In this document: positions 21,044 through 32,750 of the stretch, piece after piece
Numbering within the stretch: the first letter of the stretch is position 1
Layout of the letters: the number at the start of each line of letters is the position of its first letter
Assembly (NCBI GenBank): GCA_036274075.1
Contig: DASUGK010000115.1
Span: 34,944 to 98,943, forward strand
Source of the DNA: Steroidobacteraceae bacterium
GTDB taxonomy: Bacteria; Pseudomonadota; Gammaproteobacteria; Steroidobacterales; Steroidobacteraceae
Length of the DNA stretch: 64,000 bases
Direction of reading: 5' to 3'
Notes under the pieces: model-generated
Told to the model about the DNA's origin: nothing
The model's input: the letters and a program-made list of their open reading frames with translations, nothing else
Database searches by the model: none
Position numbers and translations under genes: made by a program

Positions 21044-21099
21044 GGGAAAACAAGGCCCTTTGGCTCACGGGCCACAGGTTTCACGGGGAGTCCAGTCAA

Positions 21100-22230
21100 A
21101 TGCCCATCACGATCGGTGCGCTGAAGGAAAGCGCGCCTGGTGAAACTCGCGTCAGTCTCGTGCCCGAAGTCGTGGACAAGTTCACGGCTGCCGGCGTCCG
21201 GGTCGTGCTGGAACCGGGGGCCGGCGCGCGCGCCCAGTTCCCGGATGCGCTCTACAAGAAAGGTGAATGGGCCGGTAGTTCGGCCGCCATCCTCTCGCAG
21301 GCCGACGTGCTGCTGACCGTCGCTCCCCTCGGCCTCGAACAGATCGGCCAGCTCAAGCCCGGCGCCGTGGTGGTGGGCTTCCTGCAGCCGCATGCCCGGC
21401 AGGCCGAGGTCAAGGCCCTGCGCGACCGCAAGATCACCAGCTTCGCCGTGGAGCTGATCCCGCGCATTTCCCGTGCCCAGAGCATGGATGGCCTGTCCTC
21501 GCAGGCGGCCCTGGCGGGTTACAAGGCCGTGCTCATCGCCGCTAACAACCTCGAAAAGTTCATGCCCATGCTGACCACGGCCGCCGGCACCATCCGCCCG
21601 GCCCAGGCGCTGGTCATCGGCGCCGGTGTGGCCGGCCTGCAGGCCATCGCCACGGCACGCCGCCTGGGCGCGGTGGTCGAGGCCTACGACGTCCGCAGCG
21701 CCACTCGCGAACAGGTGAAATCGCTGGGCGCCAAGTTCGTCGAGACCGGGGTCAGCGCCGACGGCGCCGGCGGCTACGCGCGCGAGCTCACCCCCGAGGA
21801 GAAGGCCAGGCAGCAGGAGGCCCTGGATTCACGGATTGCAGCCGCCGACGCGGTCATTTCGACGGCCTCGGTGCCCGGCCGCAAGGCCCCGGTCATCATT
21901 TCGAAGGGTGCCGTCGAGCGCATGCGCGCCGGCTCGGTGATCGTCGACATTGCCGCCGAGCAGGGTGGCAACTGCGAGCTGACCAAGGCCGGCGAAACCG
22001 TGGTCAGCGCCAATGGCGTGAAGGTCATCGGGCCCGTGAACCTGCCCGGCAGCCTGGCCTACAACGCCAGCGAAATGTACGCCCGGAACCTGTTCAACTT
22101 CCTCAAGCCCGCCATCGACAAGTCGGGCGAGCTGAAGATCGACTGGAACGACGAAGTGTTCGCCGGCGCCGTGCTCACGCATGACGGCGTCATCAGGCAC
22201 GAAGCCACGCGCAAGGCCGTGGAGGGATAA
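21100..22230 (+). CDS. pntAA: NAD(P) transhydrogenase subunit alpha, part 1
   Basis: Alanine-dehydrogenase/PNT fold. NAD-binding motif VIGAGVAGLQAIATARRLGA. Confidence 0.9.
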   Translation: MPITIGALKESAPGETRVSLVPEVVDKFTAAGVRVVLEPGAGARAQFPDALYKKGEWAGSSAAILSQADVLLTVAPLGLEQIGQLKPGAVVVGFLQPHARQAEVKALRDRKITSFAVELIPRISRAQSMDGLSSQAALAGYKAVLIAANNLEKFMPMLTTAAGTIRPAQALVIGAGVAGLQAIATARRLGAVVEAYDVRSATREQVKSLGAKFVETGVSADGAGGYARELTPEEKARQQEALDSRIAAADAVISTASVPGRKAPVIISKGAVERMRAGSVIVDIAAEQGGNCELTKAGETVVSANGVKVIGPVNLPGSLAYNASEMYARNLFNFLKPAIDKSGELKIDWNDEVFAGAVLTHDGVIRHEATRKAVEG

Positions 22231-22233
22231 GAC

Positions 22234-22548
22234 ATGACCGGAATCGTTGCGCTCTACATCTTCATGCTCGCGGCCTTCACCGGCTACGAAATCATCGCCA
22301 AGGTGCCGGTCATCCTGCACACCCCGCTGATGTCGGGATCCAACTTCGTGCACGGCATCGTGCTGGTGGGCGCCATGGTGGCGCTCGGTGGCGCGGTGAC
22401 GCCGCTCGAGAAGGTCATCGGCTTCATCGGCGTGCTGCTGGCCGCGGGCAACGCGGTCGGTGGCTACGTGGTCACCGAGCGCATGCTCGAGATGTTCAAG
22501 TCGTCCGGCGCCAGGAAGACCCAGGCAGAAAACAAGGGCGGGCACTAA
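22234..22548 (+). CDS. pntAB: NAD(P) transhydrogenase subunit alpha, part 2 (membrane)
   Basis: 104-aa protein with about 3 TM segments, lying between pntAA and pntB. Contains GSNFVHGIVLVGA. Confidence 0.85.
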   Translation: MTGIVALYIFMLAAFTGYEIIAKVPVILHTPLMSGSNFVHGIVLVGAMVALGGAVTPLEKVIGFIGVLLAAGNAVGGYVVTERMLEMFKSSGARKTQAENKGGH

Positions 22549-23981
22549 TGGAAGAGGTCATGCAAGCGCCGGGGTTCGCGACGCGATACCTGGTCATCGA
22601 CATCAGCTACTTCCTCACGGCCGTGCTGTTCATCATGGGCCTCAAGCGCATGAGTTCGCCCGTGACCGCACGCAGCGGCATCCTGTGGGCCGGCGCGGGC
22701 ATGCTCGTGGCCACGCTCGTCACATTCATCTACCCGGGGATGGGCAACTTCGAGCTCATCATCGCCGCGATTGTCGTGGGCACCATCATCGCCTGGTGGA
22801 GCGGCAAGAAGGTCGCCATGACCGACATGCCGCAGATGATCGCGCTGTACAACGGCATGGGCGGCGGCGCGGCCGCGGCCATCGCCGCGGTGGAGCTGTA
22901 CCGCGCGGCCTTCGCGAACCAGGCGAACCAGGCCGTGGCGCACAGCACCGTGGTCATGTCGCTGGCCGTGGTCGGCGGCATCATCGGCGCCATCTCCTTC
23001 AGCGGTAGTTTGATCGCCTGGGCCAAGCTGCAGGGCGTGATCAACAAGACCGTGCGCTTCGGCGGCCAGAAGATTGTGAACGGCGCGCTGTTCCTCGGCT
23101 CGCTGGGCGTGGGCGTGATCGTGGTGATGCACCATGGCGCTGATCCCCTGCACGTCTCGCTGATCTTCGCGCTGGCGCTGCTGTTCGGCATCGCCATGAC
23201 GCTGCCCATCGGCGGCGCCGACATGCCGGTGGTGATATCGCTGTACAACGCGCTCACCGGCCTCGCCGTCGCATTCGAAGGCTTCGTCATGAACAACGCC
23301 GCGATGATCATCGCGGGCACGGTCGTCGGCTCGGCCGGCACGCTGCTCACGCAGCTCATGGCCAAGGCCATGAACCGTTCGCTGGCCAACGTGCTGTTCT
23401 CGGACTTCGGCTCCGGTGGCGGCGCGGTCGCCACGGAAGTGAAGGGTTCGATGAAGCCCATCGAGGCCTCGGACGTGGGTGTCATGATGGCCTTCGCCGG
23501 CAAGGTCATCGTCGTTCCCGGCTACGGCATGGCCGTGGCGCAGGCCCAGCACAAGGTCTGGGAGCTGTGCCAGCTGCTCATCGATCGCGGCGTCACGGTG
23601 AAATTCGCCATCCACCCGGTGGCGGGCCGCATGCCCGGCCACATGAACGTGCTGCTGGCCGAGGCGGGCGTGCCCTACGACCTGATCTCCGACCTCGATG
23701 AGATCAACGCCGAGTTCGAAACCGCCGACGTGGCCCTCATCATCGGCGCCAACGACGTCGTCAACCCGGTGGCGCGCACCGACAAGTCCAGCCCCATCTA
23801 CGGCATGCCGATCCTGAACGCCGACAAGGCGAAGAACGTCATCGTCATCAAGCGCGGCCAGGGCGCGGGCTTCTCGGGCATCGAGAACGCACTCTTCTTC
23901 CTCGACAACACGCGCATGTTGTACGGCGACGGCCAGAAGGCGGCCGCGGAGCTGGTCAACGCCGTCAAGGCCGTGGGCTAG
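22548..23981 (+). CDS. pntB: NAD(P) transhydrogenase subunit beta
   Basis: TAATG overlap with pntAB. Polytopic N-terminal half. C-terminal dIII motifs VPGYGMAVAQAQH and HPVAGRMPGHMNVLLAEA. Confidence 0.9.
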   Translation: MEEVMQAPGFATRYLVIDISYFLTAVLFIMGLKRMSSPVTARSGILWAGAGMLVATLVTFIYPGMGNFELIIAAIVVGTIIAWWSGKKVAMTDMPQMIALYNGMGGGAAAAIAAVELYRAAFANQANQAVAHSTVVMSLAVVGGIIGAISFSGSLIAWAKLQGVINKTVRFGGQKIVNGALFLGSLGVGVIVVMHHGADPLHVSLIFALALLFGIAMTLPIGGADMPVVISLYNALTGLAVAFEGFVMNNAAMIIAGTVVGSAGTLLTQLMAKAMNRSLANVLFSDFGSGGGAVATEVKGSMKPIEASDVGVMMAFAGKVIVVPGYGMAVAQAQHKVWELCQLLIDRGVTVKFAIHPVAGRMPGHMNVLLAEAGVPYDLISDLDEINAEFETADVALIIGANDVVNPVARTDKSSPIYGMPILNADKAKNVIVIKRGQGAGFSGIENALFFLDNTRMLYGDGQKAAAELVNAVKAVG

Positions 23982-24150
23982 GCAGCCGCAGATCCGGGGG
24001 CGAACCCCTCCCTCGGAAAGGTGCATCGGCGGTCACCGGGGTCTATATTTTCGGTGCGATGCGAGCCGGGGGACGGCACCGAGCTCGCGCGCTACCAGGC
24101 AATTGCACAGGGACTGCAGGTTGTAGGCGAGGGAGCGCTGGGGAGCCAGC

Positions 24151-25167
24151 TTGTCGCATCGGCGCATGGGCCTGTTTCTTGCCTGCCTCGTGGCAGCCGG
24201 GGCCGCCTGCGCGCAGGATTCCGCGCCCACCGTCGAGTCCCTGATCACGCTCAACGCAAAGCAGCGTGAAAACACGCTGGCTGCCATCCGCAATTCACGC
24301 AATGCCGACGCCACGCTGCTTGCGCTGAGCACGCAGGCCGCGACCCGGGCCGAGGCGCGCCGCCAGTCAGGCCAGCCGCCGCTGTTCGCCGGCTGCCTGC
24401 GGGGCGATGAGTTCGAGCTGGGCGCCCAGCTCGGCCTCGCGCGCGCGTCCTACGACAGCAAGGCCTACCGCGCGCTGGCCGCCGAATACCGCCGCCTGAC
24501 GACCGCACTGCGCACGGCGCTGTCGTCTGCGCGTTCGAGCGGCAACTGGCGCAAGCGCTTTTCGCACCTGGGCCACTGGATCAGCGATTGGGAACGCGCC
24601 AAGGACCCGGCGACGCGCGAGTTGCTGGAACGCACGCTGGTCGACCAGGGCATCCGCGCCTCGCTGAGCGCGTTCGACGGCGCGAAGATCTACGGCAAGA
24701 CGCGCGCCGCGGCCGCGCTGCGCGCCTACGACGAATACCTGTTCAATCTCATGTGCACGGCCGACGAGGACAATCTCCGCTGGCTGCGCGGCCAGGTGGC
24801 GCGTAATGGCTGGTTCGACATCAGCCGCTACGGCGCCGCCGCCGACCAGGCGGCGTGGCTCATGGTGCAGCATGCCGACGGCGACCATGCCTACCAGGCG
24901 TACATCGTCAGCGTGCTCGCCCCGAAAGCCACGACCCACGAGACCAATCCGCAGAACTTCGCGTTCCTCAGCGACCACGTCGCGGTGCGCTCCGGCGAGC
25001 CGCAGACCTATGCCACGCAGATGGAATGCGTGGACGGAGAATGGCTCGCGCCCCAGGTCGACTCACCCGAGAACCTCGATGCGCGGCGCGCCTCGGTGGG
25101 GCTGCCGCCTTACCGCGTGCAGGTCAGCCAGCGGCGCAATCTCCACTGCGCGCAGAAGTCCCGCTGA
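24151..25167 (+). CDS. hypothetical secreted protein
   Basis: Signal-like GLFLACLVAAGAACAQ. Start is either TTG 24151 or ATG 24166. No family recognised with confidence. Confidence 0.5.
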   Translation: MSHRRMGLFLACLVAAGAACAQDSAPTVESLITLNAKQRENTLAAIRNSRNADATLLALSTQAATRAEARRQSGQPPLFAGCLRGDEFELGAQLGLARASYDSKAYRALAAEYRRLTTALRTALSSARSSGNWRKRFSHLGHWISDWERAKDPATRELLERTLVDQGIRASLSAFDGAKIYGKTRAAAALRAYDEYLFNLMCTADEDNLRWLRGQVARNGWFDISRYGAAADQAAWLMVQHADGDHAYQAYIVSVLAPKATTHETNPQNFAFLSDHVAVRSGEPQTYATQMECVDGEWLAPQVDSPENLDARRASVGLPPYRVQVSQRRNLHCAQKSR

Positions 25168-26071
25168 GCGATGGCAGAACGGGCCGCGTGGCCTTGCATT
25201 GCTCGACGCGCGCGATCACGTCGGCGCGGCGCGCACCTTCCAGCGGCAGGCGCGGCATGCGAACCCGCTCCGAACCGCGGCCCATGATCTGCTCGGCGAG
25301 CTTGATGGACTGCACCAGGTCATGGTCGGCATCGAGGTGCAGCAGCGGCATGAACCAGCGGTAGATGCGCCGCGCCTCGTCCCAGTCGCCGCGTCGCGCC
25401 GCCGCGACCATGGCCACGGACTCGCGCGGGAATGCACTGGTGAGCCCCGAGACCCAGCCGCGTGCTCCCAGCAGGAGTCCTTCCAGCGCCACGTCGTCGA
25501 GCCCCGCGAGCAACGTGTAGCGATCGCCGAAGCGATTGATGATGTCGGTGAAGCGGCGCGGATCCGGCGCGCTCTCCTTGAGCGCCACGATGTTGGGGAT
25601 GGCCGCCAGCCGCTCGAGCGTTTCGACCCCGATCGACACGCGGTACGCCGGCGGATTGTTGTACAGCATGATGGGCAGCGCGGTGGCTTCCGCCACCGCG
25701 CGGAAATGTGCGTACAACTCGGCGGGCGTCGGCACGTACACCATCGCCGGCAGCACCATCAGGGCGCCGATGCCGAGTTTCTCGGCGTCGCGCGCGAATT
25801 CCACGGCGCGATCCGTGGTCAGCTCGGATACACCTGCCACCAGCGGCACGCGCCCGCCGACCGCGTCGATGCCGGCGCGCAGCGCCAGCCGTTTCTCCTC
25901 GGGCTGCAGTGAATTGTTCTCTCCCACGGTGCCGAGCAGCACCAAGCCGTCGACGCCGTCCGCGACCAGGGCGGTCAGCGTCCTGTGGCAGGCGGGAATA
26001 TCCAGTGAAAGGTCGGCGGCGAATTGCGTGGTTGCCGCGGGATAGACGCCGTGCCAGAGGGGCTTGGCCAA
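25124..26071 (-). CDS. dihydrodipicolinate synthase (DapA) family lyase
   Basis: Contains GVDGLVLLGTVGENNSL and the overall DHDPS-family layout. I cannot tell whether it is the true DapA or a paralog. Confidence 0.8.
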   Translation of the reverse strand: MAKPLWHGVYPAATTQFAADLSLDIPACHRTLTALVADGVDGLVLLGTVGENNSLQPEEKRLALRAGIDAVGGRVPLVAGVSELTTDRAVEFARDAEKLGIGALMVLPAMVYVPTPAELYAHFRAVAEATALPIMLYNNPPAYRVSIGVETLERLAAIPNIVALKESAPDPRRFTDIINRFGDRYTLLAGLDDVALEGLLLGARGWVSGLTSAFPRESVAMVAAARRGDWDEARRIYRWFMPLLHLDADHDLVQSIKLAEQIMGRGSERVRMPRLPLEGARRADVIARVEQCKATRPVLPSLSGTSARSGDCAAG

Positions 26072-26120
26072 TCAGCTGCTCCTTGGAGATTTCTTATGCG
26101 GCATCTCAGCGGCATCGAGA

Positions 26121-26654
26121 TCAGTGATCGCGGTGCTTGGCGAAGGCGATGCGGTCGAGCACGCCGAGCAATACGGCCGACAGGACGAAGGTCATGTGCA
26201 GGATGATGTACCACATGATCTGCGCGTCCGTGTACGTGCTGTCTTCCTGGGTTCCAACCTTCATGAAGATTCGCAACAGGTGGATCGAGGAAATCGCCAC
26301 GATGCTGGCCGCCACCTTGAGCTTGAGCGTGCCGGCATCGAGTTTGCCCAACCAGCTGAGCGAGTCCGAACCTTTGGCGTCGATGGTGGACACGAAGTTC
26401 TCGTAGCCCGAGAACATAACCATGACGATGAGGCTGCCGACGAGGACGATGTCGATCATGGCTAGCACGGTGAGCACCAGGTCCTGCTCTTCCATTTCCA
26501 GCAGGCCGTGGAAAACCTCCCAGGCCGCCTGGAAAAACTTTACGCCCAATGCCAACAGCGCCAGTGAAAGGCCCAGGAACAAGGGCGCGAGCAACCAGCG
26601 CGAACTGAACAGGACCTTTTCGAAAATTTCTTCAGACTTGGACGCCACTGGCAC
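26121..26654 (-). CDS. UPF0114 (YqhA) family membrane protein
   Basis: N-terminus [23 protein letters not shown] is typical of the YqhA/TIGR00645 family. Confidence 0.7.
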   Translation of the reverse strand: MPVASKSEEIFEKVLFSSRWLLAPLFLGLSLALLALGVKFFQAAWEVFHGLLEMEEQDLVLTVLAMIDIVLVGSLIVMVMFSGYENFVSTIDAKGSDSLSWLGKLDAGTLKLKVAASIVAISSIHLLRIFMKVGTQEDSTYTDAQIMWYIILHMTFVLSAVLLGVLDRIAFAKHRDH

Positions 26655-26733
26655 GCTCCGGCTGTTGACGAGGCGCGCGTATTGTAGCCAAACGATGCCG
26701 GTTGGTAGGCTCCTCTCGACACGGAGGTATCAC

Positions 26734-27213
26734 ATGCTCAAGCGCCGCGATCTCTTCACCGCCCTGGCCGCCTCGGCCATCACGCTGGCCTGTGTTTCCA
26801 TCGCCCAGCAGCCCGCCAAGCTGCTCGATTCGACGGCCTGGAAATGGGAGGACATGCCGGCGAAGAAGACCGACGTCGGCGAACTGCGATCGGTCGTGCG
26901 CGAGCCCACGCGCACGCTCGACGAACTCGAGATGCACATCACCACGCTGAATCCGCACACCGCCTCGCATGCGCCGCACACGCATCCCAACGAGGAGATG
27001 GTCATCGTGCGCGAGGGCACGCTGCAGGCGCACGTGAACGGCAGGGAGATCGTCGTCGGGCCGGGATCGGTGTTGTTCTTCGCCTCGATGCAGCCACACG
27101 CGGTGCAGAACGTCGGCGACGGGCCGGCCAGCTACTTCGTCATCAACTGGAAGAGCACGGCCGGCGGAACGAAGCAGATCCCGAAACCGCCCTCGGGCCC
27201 CAGCGTCCAATAG
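26734..27213 (+). CDS. exported cupin-domain protein
   Basis: GGAGG precedes ATG 26734. Tat-like start MLKRRDLFTALAASA. Cupin motifs HAPHTHPNEEMVIV...G and PHAVQNVG. Confidence 0.7.
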   Translation: MLKRRDLFTALAASAITLACVSIAQQPAKLLDSTAWKWEDMPAKKTDVGELRSVVREPTRTLDELEMHITTLNPHTASHAPHTHPNEEMVIVREGTLQAHVNGREIVVGPGSVLFFASMQPHAVQNVGDGPASYFVINWKSTAGGTKQIPKPPSGPSVQ

Positions 27214-27240
27214 CCTGCTGGTGCCGGGCGGCCTGCGCCC

Positions 27241-27771
27241 TCACTGCGGCGGAGGCTGCGGACGCCGGGCACGGCGGCGCTCCAGCCAGCGCTGGCGTTC
27301 CTCCGGCGTGGCGTTGTGCCAGCGTTCGCGCAGGCGACGGCGCTGTTCCGGCGTCAGCTTCTTGAAGTCGCGATAACCCTCGCGCACGCGCTGCTGCTGC
27401 TCGGGCGGCAGGTCGCGGAAGCGGTGCCAGCGCTTTCGAGCAAGCTCGCGTTGCTCGGGCGTGAGTTCCTGCCAGCGCTGGAAGCGCGCCCGCGCGCGTT
27501 CCCGCTGTTCGGGCGTCATCGACATCCAGCGGCGCGTGCCGCGCATCAGGCGTTGCTGCTGGTCGGGGGGAAGCGTGTCCCAGCGATCGCTGTAACGGCT
27601 GAGTAGCTTCTGCTCCTCCGCGCTCAGCGACTTCCACTCGACACGCGCCGGCGGCTCGGCGGCCGGCGATTCGGCGCGGCTGCGCCCTACCAGCGCGAGA
27701 TTCAGGCCGACCGCGACCAGCGCGGCCAGCGCCGCGCGGCGGGTGGGTGAGAAATTTCGCGGCTTACTCAT
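27241..27771 (-). CDS. DUF3106 domain protein (exported, RxxW/EQR repeats)
   Basis: Signal peptide followed by repeated ...PEQRER/W... units such as MTPEQRERARARFQRWQELTPEQRELARKRWHRF. Confidence 0.7.
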   Translation of the reverse strand: MSKPRNFSPTRRAALAALVAVGLNLALVGRSRAESPAAEPPARVEWKSLSAEEQKLLSRYSDRWDTLPPDQQQRLMRGTRRWMSMTPEQRERARARFQRWQELTPEQRELARKRWHRFRDLPPEQQQRVREGYRDFKKLTPEQRRRLRERWHNATPEERQRWLERRRARRPQPPPQ

Positions 27772-27977
27772 TTGTCGGGCTCGTCGTTCTCATCGTTCCG
27801 GGGCGGCGGCGCCTTGGGCTGCGGCTTGCGCGTGCCGGCGATCCTTTCGAAATCACCATTCGCGAGGAAATCGGAGAAATCTTCGCCCTGCGATTCATCG
27901 TTGACCTCGTCGATGCCACCGAGGAACTCCAGCAGGTCTTCCTCGGGCTCATCTTTCTTGTCCTGCGGATCGCTCAC
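27768..27977 (-). CDS. small acidic hypothetical protein
   Basis: GTG at 27977 overlaps the upstream stop as GTGA, and its own stop overlaps the downstream ATG as ATGA. Asp/Glu-rich, 69 aa. The ORF-track start at 28001 is the alternative. Confidence 0.45.
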   Translation of the reverse strand: MSDPQDKKDEPEEDLLEFLGGIDEVNDESQGEDFSDFLANGDFERIAGTRKPQPKAPPPRNDENDEPDK

Positions 27978-28336
27978 GATTCCACTTCGCCCGCGGCCCA
28001 TTCATAGAACTCGAGGTCTTCGCCCTCGGCCACGATCTCCGCGTCGGCGTCGCTCAGGAATTCCAGGTCCTCGTTCAGCGCGGCGACGGGCGCGGTCGCG
28101 GTCGGCCGCGTGCCGCCGGTCCACGTCATCACGGCGAGCACGGCCACGGCCGCCGCGGCGCCGGCCGGCGCGAAGAACCACCAGCGTGACCGCGCCGGGC
28201 GCTGCAATTGTTCGAGCGCCGCGTGGCGCGCCTGCGTCAGCTTCGACAAGGTGCGGCCGTCGAGGCGCGAGGCGCTCTCGTCGAGCACTTCGCGCGTGCG
28301 TTTCTCGAAGCCGCTGTCCTGTGTTTCCTGGTTCAT
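27974..28336 (-). CDS. DUF3619-like membrane protein (putative anti-sigma partner)
   Basis: 120 aa with one TM (WWFFAPAGAAAAVAVLAVM). Starts 9 nt downstream of the ECF sigma stop. This position is typical of beta/gammaproteobacterial sigma-DUF3619-DUF3106 operons. Confidence 0.6.
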   Translation of the reverse strand: MNQETQDSGFEKRTREVLDESASRLDGRTLSKLTQARHAALEQLQRPARSRWWFFAPAGAAAAVAVLAVMTWTGGTRPTATAPVAALNEDLEFLSDADAEIVAEGEDLEFYEWAAGEVES

Positions 28337-28345
28337 GTGCGGACC

Positions 28346-28882
28346 TTAGATCACTTCGCCCAACCGCGCGCGCAACGTCTCGAGCGCGCGGAAATAATGC
28401 GTCTTCACGCTGCCCTCTGAGCAGCCCATGGCGCTCGCCGTCTCGCTGACGTCGAGCCCCTCGAAATTCCGGAGCAGGAAGGCCTGCTTCTGGCGCGCCG
28501 GCAGCTCGGCCACGGCGGTTTCGAGCACGCCGATGGCTTCGTCCAGCTCCAGCCGCCGCGCCGGCGTCGGTTCATGGCCGGGCGCCTGCGCGATCGGGTC
28601 GTATTCCTCGTCGTCCTCGGCATCGCGTGACGGCAACCAGGCCATGATGCGGCCGCGTACCGTGCGCCGCCGCTGGAAGTCGCGAATGCAGTTGGCGAGG
28701 ATGCGGTAGAACAGCGGCCGCCACTCCTCGCTGCTGCGCGAGGCATAGGACTGCACCAGCTTCATCATGGAGTCCTGTACCGCGTCGAGCGCATCGTCGT
28801 CATTGCGCAGGCTCAGCTGCGCAATCTTGAAGGCGCGCTTCTCGACACCGGACAGAAACTGTTCGAGCGCGCGGCTACTCAT
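28346..28882 (-). CDS. ECF-type RNA polymerase sigma factor
   Basis: ATG 28882 is preceded by AGGAGAGG. Region 2 DDALDAVQDSMMKLV and region 4 LPARQKQAFLLRNFEGLDVSETASAMGCSEGSVKTHYFRA. Confidence 0.85.
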   Translation of the reverse strand: MSSRALEQFLSGVEKRAFKIAQLSLRNDDDALDAVQDSMMKLVQSYASRSSEEWRPLFYRILANCIRDFQRRRTVRGRIMAWLPSRDAEDDEEYDPIAQAPGHEPTPARRLELDEAIGVLETAVAELPARQKQAFLLRNFEGLDVSETASAMGCSEGSVKTHYFRALETLRARLGEVI

Positions 28883-29229
28883 CCTCTCCTGGTCCCGACT
28901 TCGCTCGGCCCCGAAATCAGGCGCATGTTCGGGCGTGTTATAAACGCCGGCGAGCGTAACAAACGCGGTCATGAGCGGTGTAACGCGCTGCACGGCGATG
29001 CGTTGACCGCGTCGCTGCCGCACTGCGTTTCCGTGAATCAGGAACTTACGAACACTCTCGCAGGCTGCCTGTCACGTGTCCGTCATGTGACAAAAGGCCG
29101 CGGACGTCCAATCCCATAACTGGTTGTTTCGACTGGAAAGCCGCATATGTGCTCACGATTCGACCAGAGAAACGAGAAACTGCAAAAACACCGCATTTTT
29201 GTCGGCTGCGTCCGACTCCATCCACAGAC

Positions 29230-29252
29230 TTATCCACACGCACTGTGGAAAA
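29230..29252. promoter_or_regulatory. pair of inverted DnaA boxes (TTATCCACA-N5-TGTGGAAAA) upstream of priA
   Basis: Perfect consensus 9-mer at 29230-29238. TTTTCCACA, which fits TTWTNCACA, is on the other strand at 29244-29252. A degenerate CCATCCACA lies at 29218-29226. Confidence 0.55.
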
Positions 29253-29280
29253 CCCTGAAGGCGCCCCCTTGACGCGGACC

Positions 29281-31469
<2,189 letters not shown>

Positions 31470-31473
<4 letters not shown>

Positions 31474-32201
31474 CGCCGCACCGGATCCCAGCCCGCGTCG
31501 CGGGCTTTTTCTTCGCCCGTGGCATCGAGCGCCTCGCCGGCGATCCGCGCCTCGATGGCCTGCAGCACCGCAGGCGGCGGCGAGGCTGCCTGCCGCAGGT
31601 CGCCGGCCGCCGCCTCGGTGGTCACCGGGATGCGCCATTCGCCTGCGATGCGGCAGCCCAGGCCTGCCGTGCCGGCATCGCGCAACTGAAAGCTGCGGCA
31701 GAAATGCCCGTCACGGGTCTCGAACGACAGCCCGATGCGCACCGGGTCGGCCTCGGTCTGCGTGCCGGCGAGCTGCCGCTCCAGCGCCGCGGCCAGCGCG
31801 CCGCGCGCCACCAGCGAGCCGTTGCTCGCCGTCATGAGAGGTTCGGCCGGCGACAGCAGCTTCCAGGAAATGACGGCGCCCAGCGCCAGGCTCGCCGCCA
31901 TCGCGCCCCACTCGCGGGCGCGCCACGGCATGCCGGGAGGTTTGCCGCGGACCGGGAACTGCACCACTTCGCCGCGACGCGCCGGCTCCGCGCCACGCGC
32001 CGTGTTCACGAGGCGTTCCGGCACGGGCTGACCGAGCACGGGCCCGAAGGCGCCCGCCACGCGGTCGCGCAATGCGCGGTGCTGCGCGACGCGGCGCGCG
32101 AGCTCGGGATCGTTTTCCACGGCGGCCGCGATCTCGGCGCGTTTCACCTCGTCGAGTTCGCCGTCGGCGAAAGCCATGAGAGTGTCGTCGTCGTATTTCA
32201 C
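31470..32201 (-). CDS. putative anti-sigma factor (non-zinc, single-pass membrane)
   Basis: GTG 32201 overlaps the sigma stop as GTGA. N-terminus LMAFADGELDEVKRAEIAAAVENDPELA. TM segment WGAMAASLALGAVISW. Confidence 0.6.
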
Positions 32202-32725
32202 GTTGCGGCTCCCACCTTTTCGTCGGCGAGCGCGGCGGCCAGCGCCGTCCGGCCGCGGGCCAGGCGGCTGGTCAACGTGCCGATGGGAATCTCCAGCACT
32301 TCCGCGGCCTCCTTGTACGACATGCCTTCGACCAGCACGCAGGCGATGGCCAGGCGTTGCTCTTCGGGTAGTTTGTCCATGGCCTCGGACACGGACCACA
32401 GGGAAGTGTTGGTATCGGCGGGTGTCACCGCCGGATGTTCGCCGCTGTCGTCGGGCAAGGCGACCTCGGCGCGCCGCGCGCGCGCCCTGCGGTCGTCGAG
32501 CCACGCGTTCTTCATGATGCCGAACAGCCAGGAAGACAGGTTCGCGCCCGCGCGGAACTGCCCGCGGTGACGCAACGCGCGTTCCACCGCGACCTGCGCG
32601 AGGTCGTCGGCGTCGTGCTGGTTGCGCGACAACGAGCGGGCGAAGCGCCGCAGCCGCGGCAGCAGGGCGACGATGAGTTCACCGATTTCCTCCGGAGACG
32701 ATGTCATGCTTTCATGATGGATCAT
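32198..32725 (-). CDS. ECF-type RNA polymerase sigma factor
   Basis: Region 2 DADDLAQVAVERAL and region 4 LPEEQRLAIACVLVEGMSYKEAAEVLEIPIGTLTSRLARGR. Start is ATG 32725 or ATG 32707. Confidence 0.85.
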   Translation of the reverse strand: MIHHESMTSSPEEIGELIVALLPRLRRFARSLSRNQHDADDLAQVAVERALRHRGQFRAGANLSSWLFGIMKNAWLDDRRARARRAEVALPDDSGEHPAVTPADTNTSLWSVSEAMDKLPEEQRLAIACVLVEGMSYKEAAEVLEIPIGTLTSRLARGRTALAAALADEKVGAAT

Positions 32726-32750
32726 ACGACCGGCAAGTTCGTTTTCTTCC

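Noticed and set aside
29028-29047. GGAAAC (minus strand) and GGAACTT (plus strand) as sigma-E-type -35 elements for the 28882 sigma gene or priA.
   Set aside because: I found no suitably spaced -10 element (TCAAA or CGTC type) at 16-17 nt. Calling a promoter would be guesswork.
29218-29252. The DnaA-box cluster as the chromosomal origin (oriC).
   Set aside because: There are only two or three boxes. I saw no adjacent AT-rich 13-mer-like unwinding element and none of the usual dnaA/dnaN/gidA/mioC/parAB neighbourhood. A regulatory or titration site is more plausible.
28883-29280. A possible sRNA or small gene in the ~400-bp gap between the sigma gene and priA (track ORFs 28925-29119 + and 29046-29303 -).
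   Set aside because: The small ORFs lack an SD, have atypical codon usage and overlap each other. I could not recognise any known RNA family (6S, 4.5S, tmRNA, RNase P) or a terminator that would define an sRNA. Only the repeats and DnaA boxes are reported.
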